A program made the position numbers and the translations under genes. From an uncultured Candidatus Saccharibacteria bacterium (lineage in GTDB: Bacteria > Patescibacteriota > UBA1384 > JAMDBS01 > DAOVQR01): 63,642 nucleotides of DNA. Position 1 is the stretch's first letter. The number at the start of each line of letters is the position of its first letter. Below the pieces are notes generated by a model, which was not told the DNA's origin, made no database searches, and worked only from the letters and a program-made list of their open reading frames with translations. The DNA lies in the NCBI GenBank assembly GCA_964481135.1, contig CAYZSW010000006.1:1-63642 (forward strand), read 5' to 3'. Below, in pieces: positions 34,736-45,558 of this stretch.

Positions 34736-35647
34736 TTAAATTTTTAGATGCTTACCCATTGAAATAATACTACAAAAAACACTAATTATTGCACTAAAAA
34801 TAAACTCTAATAAAAATATCCATAATAAATTAGAAATGAAAAACTCTTGCATATTGAGTTGAACTTCACCTAAATACTGTGTAACCATAGGCGAAATAAA
34901 ATAAATACCGAGCCATATTAAGAGCAAAGAAAAAATCGTTGCAAAAAGAGCATATAGCAATGCTTCGACCACAAACGGAACTCTTATAAAAATTTCACTT
35001 GCACCAACCAAACGCATAATCTCGATTTCCTTTGTTCTAGTAAAAATTGCTAATTTTACAGTATTTAGAATAACTAAAACAGATATAACAACAAATATTA
35101 TTCCTAGAATAATTCCAATCTTTTTAGAAAAATTAGTAATATTGACCATTTTTTCAATAATATCTTTATTTTCTTTGTAGCTAACTCTATCTACAATAAT
35201 TTCGAATTCCTTACCGGATAAATAATTTGCGACCGACTCAAGATCTTCGGATCTGTGCGTTTTAATATCTAAACTAAATGGAAGAGGATTTTCATCTTCG
35301 GATATTTGTTCTTTAATTTTTTGACTAATACGCATCTCATTCCAACGATTAAGGGCTTCTTCTTTAGTAACAAAATGAACAGATCTAACATCTAAACGAT
35401 TTTTTATTTTTTCTTCTAAAACACGAATATCTTTTTCTTCGGCATCTAATTTAAAATATACTGCCAAATCAATTTTTTCTTTAATAGATTCCGTTGTAGT
35501 GTTAACAACAATATTAAAAATTACAAAAACGGAAATAATTATTAAAGTCAAAGTCATAACTAAGGTTGCCATCAGAGACAAGCCCCAATTTCGTTTAAAA
35601 TTTGTGAAACCTAATTTTATTATTCTAGAAATTGTTGTAAAATTCAT
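34736..35647 (-). CDS. ftsX: cell-division ABC transporter permease FtsX
   Basis: 303-aa ORF with 4 TM spans and a large first periplasmic loop. It has the EIEIMRLVGAS motif and lies directly downstream of ftsE. Confidence 0.85.
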   Translation of the reverse strand: MNFTTISRIIKLGFTNFKRNWGLSLMATLVMTLTLIIISVFVIFNIVVNTTTESIKEKIDLAVYFKLDAEEKDIRVLEEKIKNRLDVRSVHFVTKEEALNRWNEMRISQKIKEQISEDENPLPFSLDIKTHRSEDLESVANYLSGKEFEIIVDRVSYKENKDIIEKMVNITNFSKKIGIILGIIFVVISVLVILNTVKLAIFTRTKEIEIMRLVGASEIFIRVPFVVEALLYALFATIFSLLLIWLGIYFISPMVTQYLGEVQLNMQEFFISNLLWIFLLEFIFSAIISVFCSIISMGKHLKI

Positions 35648-35699
35648 GATAATTTTCTTTTTATTTTTGTAAATTGATTATTGATATTATAAAATTATT

Positions 35700-36377
35700 T
35701 TAAATGATATATTTACCGCCTCGTTGGTCAGAAGCAACTTTACCATTTTTCAAAACTATCACTCTTTGACGCAGTTTATCAACTATTGCTTGGTTATGGG
35801 TTGCTAAAATAACAAGTGTTCCAGCATGATTTATTTTTTTCAGCAATTCAATAATTTCCCAAGCATTTGTTGGATCAAGATTACCCGTAGGTTCGTCTGC
35901 AATTAATATTTTTGGTGAATGAACTAATGCTCTAGCTATTGCTGCTCTTTGTTTCTCTCCACCGGAAACCGCATTAGGATACACATCCGCTTTTTCACTT
36001 AAACTTACTAATTTAAGAATTTTTTTAACTTTAATGTCAATTTCTTCCTGAGGCACATCACAAACTTCTAATGCAAAAGCAACATTTTCATAAATAGTTT
36101 TTTGCGGAAGTAATTTAAAATCCTGAAAAATTGTACCTATTCTTCTTCTGTAAAAAGGTAATTCGCTTGATTTTAAACGAACAATATTTCTTTTTGCAAC
36201 AAATATCTTTCCACTTATGGGTTTTTCTTCGCGAATCAAAAGACGAATCAGTGTTGACTTACCTGCCCCAGAAGGACCGACCAAGGAAACAAATTCACCT
36301 GATGCAATCTTTATGTTGATATTTTTTAGAGCGTGTACTTTATTATAATCTTTATATATGTGGATAAATTCAATCAT
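35700..36377 (-). CDS. ftsE: cell-division ABC transporter ATPase FtsE
   Basis: 225-aa ORF with Walker A GPSGAGKST, signature VSGGEKQR and Walker B ILIADEPTGNLD. Confidence 0.9.
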   Translation of the reverse strand: MIEFIHIYKDYNKVHALKNINIKIASGEFVSLVGPSGAGKSTLIRLLIREEKPISGKIFVAKRNIVRLKSSELPFYRRRIGTIFQDFKLLPQKTIYENVAFALEVCDVPQEEIDIKVKKILKLVSLSEKADVYPNAVSGGEKQRAAIARALVHSPKILIADEPTGNLDPTNAWEIIELLKKINHAGTLVILATHNQAIVDKLRQRVIVLKNGKVASDQRGGKYII

Positions 36378-36433
36378 AAAACTAAGATTCCTCCTATTTA
36401 TTTAGGATACAGGTTTTTTAATAAAAATTCAAT

Positions 36434-38230
36434 TTATCTGTTGAATATCCATTTGCTTAATTGTCTTAAATTTTTGGTATTTATTATATCTTTTTTTTCT
36501 GCCCAACCTCTACGAGCTTGTGCTACTCCATAACGCATATTATCTAGATGTAATACCTGATGAGAATCAGTATTAATAATAAGTTTTACACCAATATTTA
36601 TTGCCTTTCTAATTAAAACATCGCGCAAATCTAATCTTATTGGATGAGAATTTATTTCCATCGCAACACCTTGTTTAACACATTCTTTAAAAATTTCTTC
36701 CCAATCTAACTCAATAGGTAATCTTTTATTAATTAATCTTGCGCTCGGATGAGCAATAATTCTAATGTAAGGATTTTGAATTGCTCTAATTAAACGCCTG
36801 GTAGCAGAATGCTTGTCTTGACGAAAACTTGAATGAATGGCACCCAAAACAATATCAAATTTTTTTAATATTTCATTTGGTAAATCAATATCTCCATTTG
36901 GTTTAATATTTGCCTCAATTCCTGCAAAAATTTTAATACCGATTTTTTTAGATACTTTTCTAATTTCGTTAATATAATTATCAATATCTTTTTCTTTTAA
37001 ACCATTAGTGACACCTAAAGTTGATGGATGATCTGTAATTGCTAAATATTCATAACCCAAGGATTTACATTTTTTTGCCATTTCTTCAATAGTATTAGAA
37101 CCATCTGAATAAGTTGAATGCATCTGTAAATCACCTTTAATATCATGTAATTTAACTAGTTTTGGTAATTGATGTTCAATAGATGCCTTGATTTCGCCTT
37201 GATTTTCCCGCAATTCCGGCTCAATATATTCCATTCCAAGTGTTTTATAAACATCTTCTTCTTTTGGACATTTTATAGTTTTAATTTTTGAGTTGTTGTT
37301 TTGAGTTTTTAGTTTTAAGTTTTTAGTTTTCTTAATTCCATGTTCAGAAATAGAAAAACCATTTTCTTGAGCATAGGTTCTAAGTGCAATATTATGATCT
37401 TTTGAGCCAGTAAAATGCTGAAGTAATGACCCATAGTCTTCTTGCGGTAAAATTTCCAAATCAATCTGAACATTTTCTTTAGTAATTATTGTCGCCTTAG
37501 TATCACCTTTATTGACAACTTTATCAACAAAATCTTCTCTAATGAATCTTTCGATAGTTTTTAGTTTTGAGTTTTGAGTTTTGAGTTTAAGCGAAGCGAT
37601 TATATCTATATCTCCTACTGTTTCTTTCATTCTTCTTAAGCTACCAACATAATCAGCGGTTTTAACTTCCGGATATTTCTTAATAATTTCAATAATATTT
37701 TTTGCAATCGGCTCTGCAAAACTTAGAAGAATTCTACTACCAATTTTCTCGTACATACTAATATCGCGTAAAATATTTTGCTTTGTTTTTTCTTGAAAAT
37801 ATTTTGTTGTTTTATCTAACTTAATAGCTTTCTTTAAATCTTTAATAGTTTTGACTTTATAAGATTTAAATAATTTTTTTGCAATTTTTGAACCAACTCC
37901 AGGAATTTTCATAAAATTTATAATTGGTTTAGGAATTTTTTTACGCAATTCTTCGTAATAAGCAATTTTACCGGTTTTAATAAATTCCTCAATTTTTTCA
38001 GCAATTGATTCTCCAATACCTTTAATGTCCTTTAAAGCTTTAATGCCATTTTTTTGATAAATATCTTCCACTGAAATTGAATAATTCTCTATTGCCCGAG
38101 CAGCTTTCTCGTAAGCAGTAATTTTAAACCTATCCTGAACTCTCTCAGCTAAACCTAAAGAACTATCTTGTAAAATTTCAAGCATTATACCTATTTGACT
38201 TAGTTGTTGGGATATTTCTTTATTAGTCAT
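36434..38230 (-). CDS. polX: family X DNA polymerase with C-terminal PHP domain (PolX)
   Basis: 598-aa ORF with HhH repeats (IKGIGESIAEKI, IPGVGSKIAKKL) and a nucleotidyltransferase GSLRRMKETVGDIDI. The PHP part reads DLQMHSTYSDGS...ITDH. It contains two LKLKTQN-type low-complexity inserts. Confidence 0.85.
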   Translation of the reverse strand: MTNKEISQQLSQIGIMLEILQDSSLGLAERVQDRFKITAYEKAARAIENYSISVEDIYQKNGIKALKDIKGIGESIAEKIEEFIKTGKIAYYEELRKKIPKPIINFMKIPGVGSKIAKKLFKSYKVKTIKDLKKAIKLDKTTKYFQEKTKQNILRDISMYEKIGSRILLSFAEPIAKNIIEIIKKYPEVKTADYVGSLRRMKETVGDIDIIASLKLKTQNSKLKTIERFIREDFVDKVVNKGDTKATIITKENVQIDLEILPQEDYGSLLQHFTGSKDHNIALRTYAQENGFSISEHGIKKTKNLKLKTQNNNSKIKTIKCPKEEDVYKTLGMEYIEPELRENQGEIKASIEHQLPKLVKLHDIKGDLQMHSTYSDGSNTIEEMAKKCKSLGYEYLAITDHPSTLGVTNGLKEKDIDNYINEIRKVSKKIGIKIFAGIEANIKPNGDIDLPNEILKKFDIVLGAIHSSFRQDKHSATRRLIRAIQNPYIRIIAHPSARLINKRLPIELDWEEIFKECVKQGVAMEINSHPIRLDLRDVLIRKAINIGVKLIINTDSHQVLHLDNMRYGVAQARRGWAEKKDIINTKNLRQLSKWIFNR

Positions 38231-38248
38231 AATTATTTAATTATTAAA

Positions 38249-38587
38249 CTATTTATTGCGTATTTTTTCTTCTTCTAGATACTTGTTAGTAAATTTTCTC
38301 CATACCAATAAAATGTTTTCTTTTCTTTGATTCACATTATCTGGTTTTGTTAAAGCAAATTCTCTAATTTCAGATTTTGACTTGCTAATTTCTTTAAATG
38401 TTATTTCTACATTTTTTGAATCATCAGCACGAAAACTATAAAATTCTTCCCATCCTTCGGCTTTCATTTCATCCTCACTCTTATCTAATAAAGAAATTCC
38501 AAGACCCTCGGAATCAACAATATCAGATAGTTCATATTTTCTTTCAGAACTACCAGGTAAATTTTCTGAACTTGACTCAAAACGCAT
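38249..38587 (-). CDS. hypothetical acidic protein
   Basis: 112-aa ORF. No recognisable motif. Confidence 0.4.
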   Translation of the reverse strand: MRFESSSENLPGSSERKYELSDIVDSEGLGISLLDKSEDEMKAEGWEEFYSFRADDSKNVEITFKEISKSKSEIREFALTKPDNVNQRKENILLVWRKFTNKYLEEEKIRNK

Positions 38588-38644
38588 TTATCCTCCAATT
38601 CATTTATTAATTAATAAAATTTATTAAGTTTTTTATTATTTTAA

Positions 38645-39082
38645 TTATTCTCTACCAGGAAAATTGATTTTCTGAAAATACCATTTATGTTTTAGCCAAT
38701 TTTTAATATCATCGTCTATTACTTTATTTAAATCAATATCAAATACTTTTTTTGTTATCCAGTAATATACATCTGCATTATTTTTTTTGGGAATAATATA
38801 TATACATCCCAAACATTCTGTTTCGGATTTATTTAGAATAGTATATGCAAACATTTCTTTATTACTATGCATCTTTTCATGTTTAATTAAATCATTCAAA
38901 TCATCCTCTTTTGACAAATCTTCTGTAGGCCAAAAACCACACATTGGCGGAGTTGGGGTTTGTTGTAATAGTTTTATATTGTTTTGTATCGCCGAATAAT
39001 CTAATTCTAAATCTTTAACAAGAAGTTGTCTTACAATGTAGCTTGCTTTTTTATAACCAACTGGAGTTTTAAAATTATGCAT
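38645..39082 (-). CDS. hypothetical protein (possibly GNAT-fold)
   Basis: 145-aa ORF. Its size and the CLGCIYIIPKK...YYWI pattern are weakly reminiscent of small acetyltransferases. This call is not secure. Confidence 0.35.
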   Translation of the reverse strand: MHNFKTPVGYKKASYIVRQLLVKDLELDYSAIQNNIKLLQQTPTPPMCGFWPTEDLSKEDDLNDLIKHEKMHSNKEMFAYTILNKSETECLGCIYIIPKKNNADVYYWITKKVFDIDLNKVIDDDIKNWLKHKWYFQKINFPGRE

Positions 39083-39084
39083 AA

Positions 39085-41688
39085 TTACTTACCGCAACAT
39101 TTTTTATATTTTTTTCCAGAACCACAAGAACAAGGGTCGTTTCTACCAACTTTTGGCATGGTTCTTTGAACTTGACTGGTTGATTCTTGTTGATTTGTTT
39201 GAACCTGACGAACAGTAACATCTACGCCACCAGATGAAGATTTTTGAATGGATCGCTGCTGTGGCATTTCTTGTTGTTTTGTTCTAGCAGTATTTGAAAT
39301 TGCACCACCCGCTAAAGACTCATCTGCTCCACGCATTACCAAATTTCTCTGCACTTGATTTATATTTTCATTTTGACGACTTGTTCCTGTTGTCTCAATC
39401 TTAATTAAAAAAGTTACAACCTTCTCTTCAATAGTAGAAATAAGCTCGTGATATAAATTATAAGCTTCTTCTTTGTATTCAACTAAAGGATCCCTCTGAC
39501 CATAACCACGAAGGCCAATACCCTCTCGCAATTCAGTCATTGTATTCAGATGCTCTACCCATAGTAAATCGATATTTCTTAAATAAATCATTTTTTCAAC
39601 ATATCTTAACTTATCAATACCTATTAAATTTTCTTTTTCTAAATATTTATTTTTTTCTTCGTCTGCCATGATAGATAAAATCTCTTCGTGTAACCAATTT
39701 TCTTTTTCTGGATCTAACTTTAAAATTTTCTTTCTTTTACGATAAATTGCTTCACGATGCTTATTCATTACATCGTCATAATCTACCAAGTGTTTTCTAA
39801 TATCAAAATTATAACCTTCAACTTTTTTTTGTGCCTGTTCAATTGAATTTGAAATCATCTTATGATGTATAGGCTGATCTTCTGGTAAGCCCAAACGATC
39901 CATAATTGTCTTCATTTTTTCGCCACCGAAAATTCTCATGAGCTCATCTTCCATTGAAACAAAAAATTGAGTAGAACCCGGATCTCCTTGACGACCAGAA
40001 CGACCTCGAAGCTGATTGTCAATTCGACGAGATTCATGTCTTTCTGTACCTATAACATGAAGACCGCCTGAATCTAATACCTTTTTATGATCTTTTTCCC
40101 ATTCTAATAATTTTTCTTTGTTTTTTGGTGGCTCTCCTCCCAAAATAATATCCACACCTCTTCCAGCCATATTGGTTGCAAGTGTTACGGCTTTCGGTTT
40201 ACCCGCCTGAGCAATAATTTTTGCTTCTCTTTCATGATGTTTGGCATTTAATAAATTATGTTTTATACCATTTTTTCTAAGCAAGTTAGATAAATATTCG
40301 TTTTTTTCAATTGATATTGTACCTATTAGGACTGGCTGATTATTATCTACTCTTGATCTAACTTCTTCAATAATTGCTTGGTATTTTCCACTTTCTGTTT
40401 TATAAATAGCATCTTCTTTATCGATTCTTGCCAAAACTCGATTTGTTGGAATAACAAGTACTTCTAAATTATATATTTTCGAAAATTCTTCTGCTTCTGT
40501 AACGGCGGTACCTGTCATACCAGATAACTTATTATACATTCGAAAAAGATTTTGAAAAGAAATAGTTGCCATTGTATTTGATTCTCTTTTAACTTCAACT
40601 CCTTCTTTAGCTTCAATAGCTTGATGTAATCCTTCTGAATATCGTCTACCTGGCATAAGACGACCAGTAAATTCATCAACAATAATAATCTCATTATTTT
40701 TTACAACATACTCTTTATCTTTATTAAAAAGAGCGTGTGCTTTTAAAGCTTCTTCTAGATGATGTACGAGCGTAACATGTTTAGATTCGTAAATATTATC
40801 TATTTTCAATAGTTCTTCCATTTTTTTCATACCATCTTGAGTTAAAGTAACAGAGCGTTCTTTTTCATCGATTTGATAATCTTTTTCTGGTTCTAATCTT
40901 GGAACCAAAGAAGCAAATTGTGCATACAATGAAGCTGATTCTTCTGCTGGTGCAGAAATAATTAATGGGGTTCTGGCCTCATCAATTAAAATAGAATCGA
41001 CTTCGTCTACGATAGAAAAATTTAATTCTTTTTGACAAACCTGATTAATATCTATAGCCATATTATCGCGTAAATAATCAAATCCAAACTCATTATTCGT
41101 ACCGTATGTAATGCCAGCTTCGTAGGCTTGTTTTCTAGATACTATTTGAAAATGTTTTAATCGTTCATCAGTTTCTGATTCAATACTTGCCTTAGGATCA
41201 TAAATATATGAGGTTTCATGGCCAATCGCAGCACATGAAACGCCTAACGCATAATAAATTTTTCCCATCCAGCCAGCATCACGCTTAGCCAAATAATCAT
41301 TGACAGTAACTAAATGACAACCTTTACCTTCTAATGCATTGAGGTATAAAGCTAAAGTGGCTGAAAGAGTTTTACCTTCCCCGGTCTTCATTTCAGCAAT
41401 CTTGCCTTGATGTAATACAATTCCTGCCATTAATTGAACATCGAAGTGTCTTTGTCCTAAAGTTCTTTTTGCAGCTTCTCGAACGGCCGCAAATGCCTCA
41501 GGTAAAATATCATCGAGCAATTCACCCTTGCTAAGACGATCTTTAAACTCTTTTGTTTTATTTTGAAGCTGTTCGTCCGTAAGTTTAATATAATCGTCTT
41601 CTAAACTATTTATAATAGCGACGATCGGTTCAATTTTCTTTAATTCTTTTTCGTTTGGATCACCAAAAATATTTTCGAAAAAGCCCAC
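39085..41688 (-). CDS. secA: preprotein translocase ATPase SecA
   Basis: 867-aa ORF with a GTG start preceded by AAAGGAG. It has Walker A MKTGEGKTL, a DEAD-like DEVDSILIDEARTPLIIS, TNMAGRGVDI and a C-terminal Zn finger CSCGSGKKYKKCCG. Confidence 0.97.
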   Translation of the reverse strand: MGFFENIFGDPNEKELKKIEPIVAIINSLEDDYIKLTDEQLQNKTKEFKDRLSKGELLDDILPEAFAAVREAAKRTLGQRHFDVQLMAGIVLHQGKIAEMKTGEGKTLSATLALYLNALEGKGCHLVTVNDYLAKRDAGWMGKIYYALGVSCAAIGHETSYIYDPKASIESETDERLKHFQIVSRKQAYEAGITYGTNNEFGFDYLRDNMAIDINQVCQKELNFSIVDEVDSILIDEARTPLIISAPAEESASLYAQFASLVPRLEPEKDYQIDEKERSVTLTQDGMKKMEELLKIDNIYESKHVTLVHHLEEALKAHALFNKDKEYVVKNNEIIIVDEFTGRLMPGRRYSEGLHQAIEAKEGVEVKRESNTMATISFQNLFRMYNKLSGMTGTAVTEAEEFSKIYNLEVLVIPTNRVLARIDKEDAIYKTESGKYQAIIEEVRSRVDNNQPVLIGTISIEKNEYLSNLLRKNGIKHNLLNAKHHEREAKIIAQAGKPKAVTLATNMAGRGVDIILGGEPPKNKEKLLEWEKDHKKVLDSGGLHVIGTERHESRRIDNQLRGRSGRQGDPGSTQFFVSMEDELMRIFGGEKMKTIMDRLGLPEDQPIHHKMISNSIEQAQKKVEGYNFDIRKHLVDYDDVMNKHREAIYRKRKKILKLDPEKENWLHEEILSIMADEEKNKYLEKENLIGIDKLRYVEKMIYLRNIDLLWVEHLNTMTELREGIGLRGYGQRDPLVEYKEEAYNLYHELISTIEEKVVTFLIKIETTGTSRQNENINQVQRNLVMRGADESLAGGAISNTARTKQQEMPQQRSIQKSSSGGVDVTVRQVQTNQQESTSQVQRTMPKVGRNDPCSCGSGKKYKKCCGK

Positions 41689-41811
41689 ATCAACTCCTTT
41701 CAGTTATAAAACCTGAATTTTATTGAGATTATAATTATCAATAGTTAATATTTGAAAAAAATACTCCTGTTTTCCTATCGATCATATCATTTTTCAACCT
41801 ATAACACAAAT

Positions 41812-41840
41812 AAAATTAGTCCATTTCCGGACTAATTTTA
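41812..41840 (-). terminator. rho-independent terminator-like hairpin after hpf
   Basis: On the minus strand, AATTAGTCC-GGAAAT-GGACTAATT is followed by a T-rich tract. It lies between the hpf stop and the secA start. Confidence 0.6.
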
Positions 41841-41847
41841 TACCTAT

Positions 41848-42180
41848 TTATTTAGTTATTCCTTTTTTATTTTTTTTAACTTCCTTTTCATGATACCTGC
41901 GAACAAACTTTTCAAATCTATCGTATAACTTATCTATAGTTTCTGGAAAATGTTCTGATATTTCCTCTAAATGCAATGGGGTTTTTAATCCTGGCATCGT
42001 GAAATTTAAATGTATTCTTTTACTCAATGACCCTTTCTCTCGTTTAGTATGATCAAAAGTAAATTCAACAATAGCCGGCTCTTTGACAATTTTCTCTAAC
42101 TTATGAAATTTCTGTTCTAAATAATCTTTATTTTCTGGATATATATCAAAACCACGAAGACCTTTTAAAATAATTTGCAT
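41848..42180 (-). CDS. hpf: ribosome hibernation factor (HPF/RaiA, S30EA family), short form
   Basis: 110-aa ORF. It begins MQIILKG...IYPENKDYLEQKFHKLEKI and continues with ...ETIDKLYDRFEKFVRRY, the typical beta-alpha-beta-beta-beta-alpha pattern of the family. Confidence 0.65.
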   Translation of the reverse strand: MQIILKGLRGFDIYPENKDYLEQKFHKLEKIVKEPAIVEFTFDHTKREKGSLSKRIHLNFTMPGLKTPLHLEEISEHFPETIDKLYDRFEKFVRRYHEKEVKKNKKGITK

Positions 42181-42260
42181 GTTTCTCCTTTTTTAATAAA
42201 TTGATATTTCAATATATAATACAAAAAAATATCTTTTTTAGTGCTTGGGGTTTTTTAAAA

Positions 42261-43490
42261 TTACTTAGGAGAAATTTCGGTAAATCCACAGTATTTTTGT
42301 AAAACTTTCGGAATTTTTACTGATCCGTCGACTTGTTGGTGATTTTCTAAAATAGCAACTAGTGTTCTACCAATCGCAAGACCAGTTCCGTTTAAAATAT
42401 GAACAAATTTATTTTTTCCGTCTTTGTCTTTGAATTTTATATTTAAGCGACGAGCCTGAAAATCTGTGCAATTAGAACAACTAGTTAGTTCTCTGTATTT
42501 TTCTTGACTCGGCATCCAGACTTCTATATCAAATTTTTTTGTAGCTGGCATTCCTAAATCTCCTGTACACATTTTAGAAACTTGATATGTAAATCCTAAT
42601 TCCTGCATAATTTCTTCTTCAATTTTTAGTATTTCTTGATGTATTTTTTCTGATTCTTTTGGATTAGCAAAAATTACCATTTCTACTTTATCAAATTGAT
42701 GTTGACGCATTATTCCACTTACATCTTTTCCATAACTTCCTGCTTCTCTGCGAAAGCAAGTAGAAAAACCAACAAATTTTTTTGGCAATTTGTCTTGGAT
42801 TATTTCGTCCATATAATAAGGAACTATTGATTGTTCGCTAGTTCCCACTAGCACCATTTCATCTTGTCTGGTGTGATAAGCGTCATCATTTAGTGCTTCA
42901 AAATAACCCGTGCCTTTAGCTGTTGACATTTTTTCTAAAACCGGGGGAATCATTGGAACAAAACCTTTTTTTGATAATTTATTCATTAAAAATTGTACTA
43001 AAGCAAATTCAAGCAAAACTGCCTGGTTTTTTAAATAAGTAAATCTACTACCAGAAACTTTTCCAGCTCTTTCTGAATCTATTAAATCTAATTCCTTTCC
43101 AATCTGCGTATGGTCTTTTAATTTAAAATCAAATTTTGATTTTTCCCCATGAGTTTTAATTATTTCATTTTCTTTATCTGATTTTCCAATTTTCACATCA
43201 TCTGCTGGAATATTTGGCACATGATACATAAGTTCTAATAATTCTTCTGATGCTTCTAATAATTGTGGCTCTAAATCTTGAAGCATTTTCTTTATTTTTT
43301 TACCTTTTATTACATCTTTTTTCTTAGCTGTTTGGTTTTTTTCTTTACGAAGCAATTCAACTTTTGTCTGTAAGTCAATTTTCTTTTTGTCTAAACTGAG
43401 TATTTTATCAATATCAACTTTTACATTTTTATTTTGAGCTGCTTTTTTTACTTTTTCTGGATTTTCTCTTATAAATTTAATATCGAGCAT
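42261..43490 (-). CDS. serS: seryl-tRNA synthetase
   Basis: 409-aa ORF starting MLDIKFIRENPE, with an N-terminal coiled-coil arm. Class II motifs are FRREAGS, GIMRQHQFDKVE and NGTGLAIGRTLVAILE. Confidence 0.95.
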   Translation of the reverse strand: MLDIKFIRENPEKVKKAAQNKNVKVDIDKILSLDKKKIDLQTKVELLRKEKNQTAKKKDVIKGKKIKKMLQDLEPQLLEASEELLELMYHVPNIPADDVKIGKSDKENEIIKTHGEKSKFDFKLKDHTQIGKELDLIDSERAGKVSGSRFTYLKNQAVLLEFALVQFLMNKLSKKGFVPMIPPVLEKMSTAKGTGYFEALNDDAYHTRQDEMVLVGTSEQSIVPYYMDEIIQDKLPKKFVGFSTCFRREAGSYGKDVSGIMRQHQFDKVEMVIFANPKESEKIHQEILKIEEEIMQELGFTYQVSKMCTGDLGMPATKKFDIEVWMPSQEKYRELTSCSNCTDFQARRLNIKFKDKDGKNKFVHILNGTGLAIGRTLVAILENHQQVDGSVKIPKVLQKYCGFTEISPK

Positions 43491-43507
43491 ATGATTCCTT
43501 TTAATTA

Positions 43508-43879
43508 TTAATTTTTGCCTATTGATTCTATTGTATTTTCAATTATTTGATGAGCTTCTTCTAAAGAAATATTAAATCTTTTTTTAAGTTCTTGAGCAAA
43601 TAAATTATGATGGCCCCAGTTATAACTTGCATCTATATCGTGAGCTCTATTTTCTGCATAATGACGTGCGGCTGAAATCGGATTATCAGATGACTGGATA
43701 ATATCTTTATCTTCTTGCGAAAGTGAAATCACTCCCAAACCTTCTTTTTTTAATTTAGCTTCCCATTGTTTAAACAAAGCGTCTCGTCTTCTTTTATCAC
43801 TAATTTCTTTATTTTTTTGCCCTGCTGTTTTATATTTACTCATATTTAAATCATAATTTGGTTTTGTTTCAACACTCAT
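43508..43879 (-). CDS. hypothetical protein
   Basis: 123-aa ORF. It has a 4-nt overlap with lysK, suggesting co-translation. No motif recognised. Confidence 0.45.
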   Translation of the reverse strand: MSVETKPNYDLNMSKYKTAGQKNKEISDKRRRDALFKQWEAKLKKEGLGVISLSQEDKDIIQSSDNPISAARHYAENRAHDIDASYNWGHHNLFAQELKKRFNISLEEAHQIIENTIESIGKN

Positions 43880-45438
43880 AATTTCTCCTTTTTTATTTCT
43901 TTAAATCTTTTAACCACAAAATCCTTATCTAAAATATTCAAAAACCAACCTGCTTTCGGACCTGATGATTTGCCAAGAATAACTAAATAAATAGCTTCGA
44001 AAGTTTGCTTTGGTTTTAATCCTAATTTTTTTCCACTTTCGTAAATATGATTATGTAATTTTTCAGAATCAAAATCTTTATTTTTAATATCATCTGCTAG
44101 CAAATGCAATAATTTAATTTGTTCGTTTGAGAGTTTGATATTTTTTGGCAATTCTTTTTGAACACTGAATTTAATATTTTCAGGCGCATAATTTTTTAGC
44201 CAATTTTTGACTCGCTCAATTTGTTCCTTTAAAAGTTTTTCATCATCTAATGCATCTTTATGGTCAGTACTTGATAAAATTCTTTTAATTTCTTTTTCAT
44301 TGCCTTGTGCTGCCTGCACGGTGTTAATTAAATGTTTAAAAGGAACTTCTGGTACTGACTTACCATTGCGTTTAATTTGACATGCTTCATAAATTGCTTT
44401 TTCGGCATTATTTGCTTCACCATCTTTACATTTTTGTTCTAATCGGGCGTACTCATCTACAAGTTGTAATAATTCCATACCTGGATCAAATTTTAGTTCG
44501 CGATTGTATGGAACTCTTGCAAACATGTATCGTAAAATCTCTGCTGGAACAATCTTAAGCATATCTTGAGCCGATATTACATTACCAAGAGAAGATGACA
44601 TTTTTCCTTTTGAACCTTTTAAATAAAGTAAATCATAAGGAATTCCAAAAGGAGCTTTGGATTTAAAAATTTTTTCGCAAATAGCTTTCCCGGTATCGTA
44701 TGAACCGCCAACTGTTGCATGCTCTTTTCCATATGGTTCAACATCAACTGGAATCTTGCTCCATCTTGCAGGCCAGTCAACCCGCCAGGCAAGTTTACCC
44801 TCGCCATGTGAATAGTCTGACCAGCCAACATTGCCACAAGTACATTCGTATTTTACGCGATGATTTTTCAAATCTTGCTCAATTACTTTAGTATTGTCAG
44901 TTTTGCATTTATTGCAATATGGGTTGTAAGCTAACCAATCTTTTGGCATTTTTCTTTGAGAAATATCTTCCAATATTTTTTTAATTTCATTATTATTTTT
45001 TAGAGCAATTGTAATTCTATCGGTGAAAAAACCTTGTTTATACATTTTCGTGGCAGAAAACATTTTGTAAGTAATACCCAAATCATCTAAAACCTCTAAA
45101 AAAGGATCTAAAAATCTTTGGGCATAGCTTTTAGCTTTATCACCTTTTGGATCAGGAATTGCCGAAAGTGGCCAACCAATATATTTTTTAAAATCTGCTG
45201 GTAAAAATGGATATAATTTTCTAAGCCTATCAAAATCATCAGCAATGTAAATAAACTCAACTTTAGCCCCTTGTCTTTCTAGTTCACGACGAATAAGATC
45301 TGCAGTCAACACTTCTCTCATATTGCCAATATGAATATGACCAGAGGGTGAAATTCCAGTTGCAATTATGAGCTTTTTACCACGTTCTTTAATAATTTTT
45401 TTGGCAACATCTTGTGCCCAATAATTTGTTTTTTTCAT
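43876..45438 (-). CDS. lysK: class I lysyl-tRNA synthetase
   Basis: 520-aa ORF with a HIGH-type PSGHIHIGN and a KMSKS-type GKMSSSLGN. Its length and Zn-like Cys cluster (CNKC...CTC) match archaeal-type LysRS. Confidence 0.88.
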   Translation of the reverse strand: MKKTNYWAQDVAKKIIKERGKKLIIATGISPSGHIHIGNMREVLTADLIRRELERQGAKVEFIYIADDFDRLRKLYPFLPADFKKYIGWPLSAIPDPKGDKAKSYAQRFLDPFLEVLDDLGITYKMFSATKMYKQGFFTDRITIALKNNNEIKKILEDISQRKMPKDWLAYNPYCNKCKTDNTKVIEQDLKNHRVKYECTCGNVGWSDYSHGEGKLAWRVDWPARWSKIPVDVEPYGKEHATVGGSYDTGKAICEKIFKSKAPFGIPYDLLYLKGSKGKMSSSLGNVISAQDMLKIVPAEILRYMFARVPYNRELKFDPGMELLQLVDEYARLEQKCKDGEANNAEKAIYEACQIKRNGKSVPEVPFKHLINTVQAAQGNEKEIKRILSSTDHKDALDDEKLLKEQIERVKNWLKNYAPENIKFSVQKELPKNIKLSNEQIKLLHLLADDIKNKDFDSEKLHNHIYESGKKLGLKPKQTFEAIYLVILGKSSGPKAGWFLNILDKDFVVKRFKEIKKEKL

Positions 45439-45455
45439 TCTAAGTTAATAATACT

Positions 45456-45492
45456 AAAAAATCTCCCCTTAAACAAGCTGGGAGATTTTTTT
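45456..45492 (-). terminator. rho-independent terminator after greA (symmetrical, A-run/T-run on both sides)
   Basis: AAAAAATCTCCC-cttaaacaagct-GGGAGATTTTTTT. Confidence 0.75.
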
Positions 45493-45558
45493 ATTTGCAA
45501 TAGTTAGAAATTAATTTAATAATTTTATGCGCTATCAGTGATAAAAAATCAGTTGTTA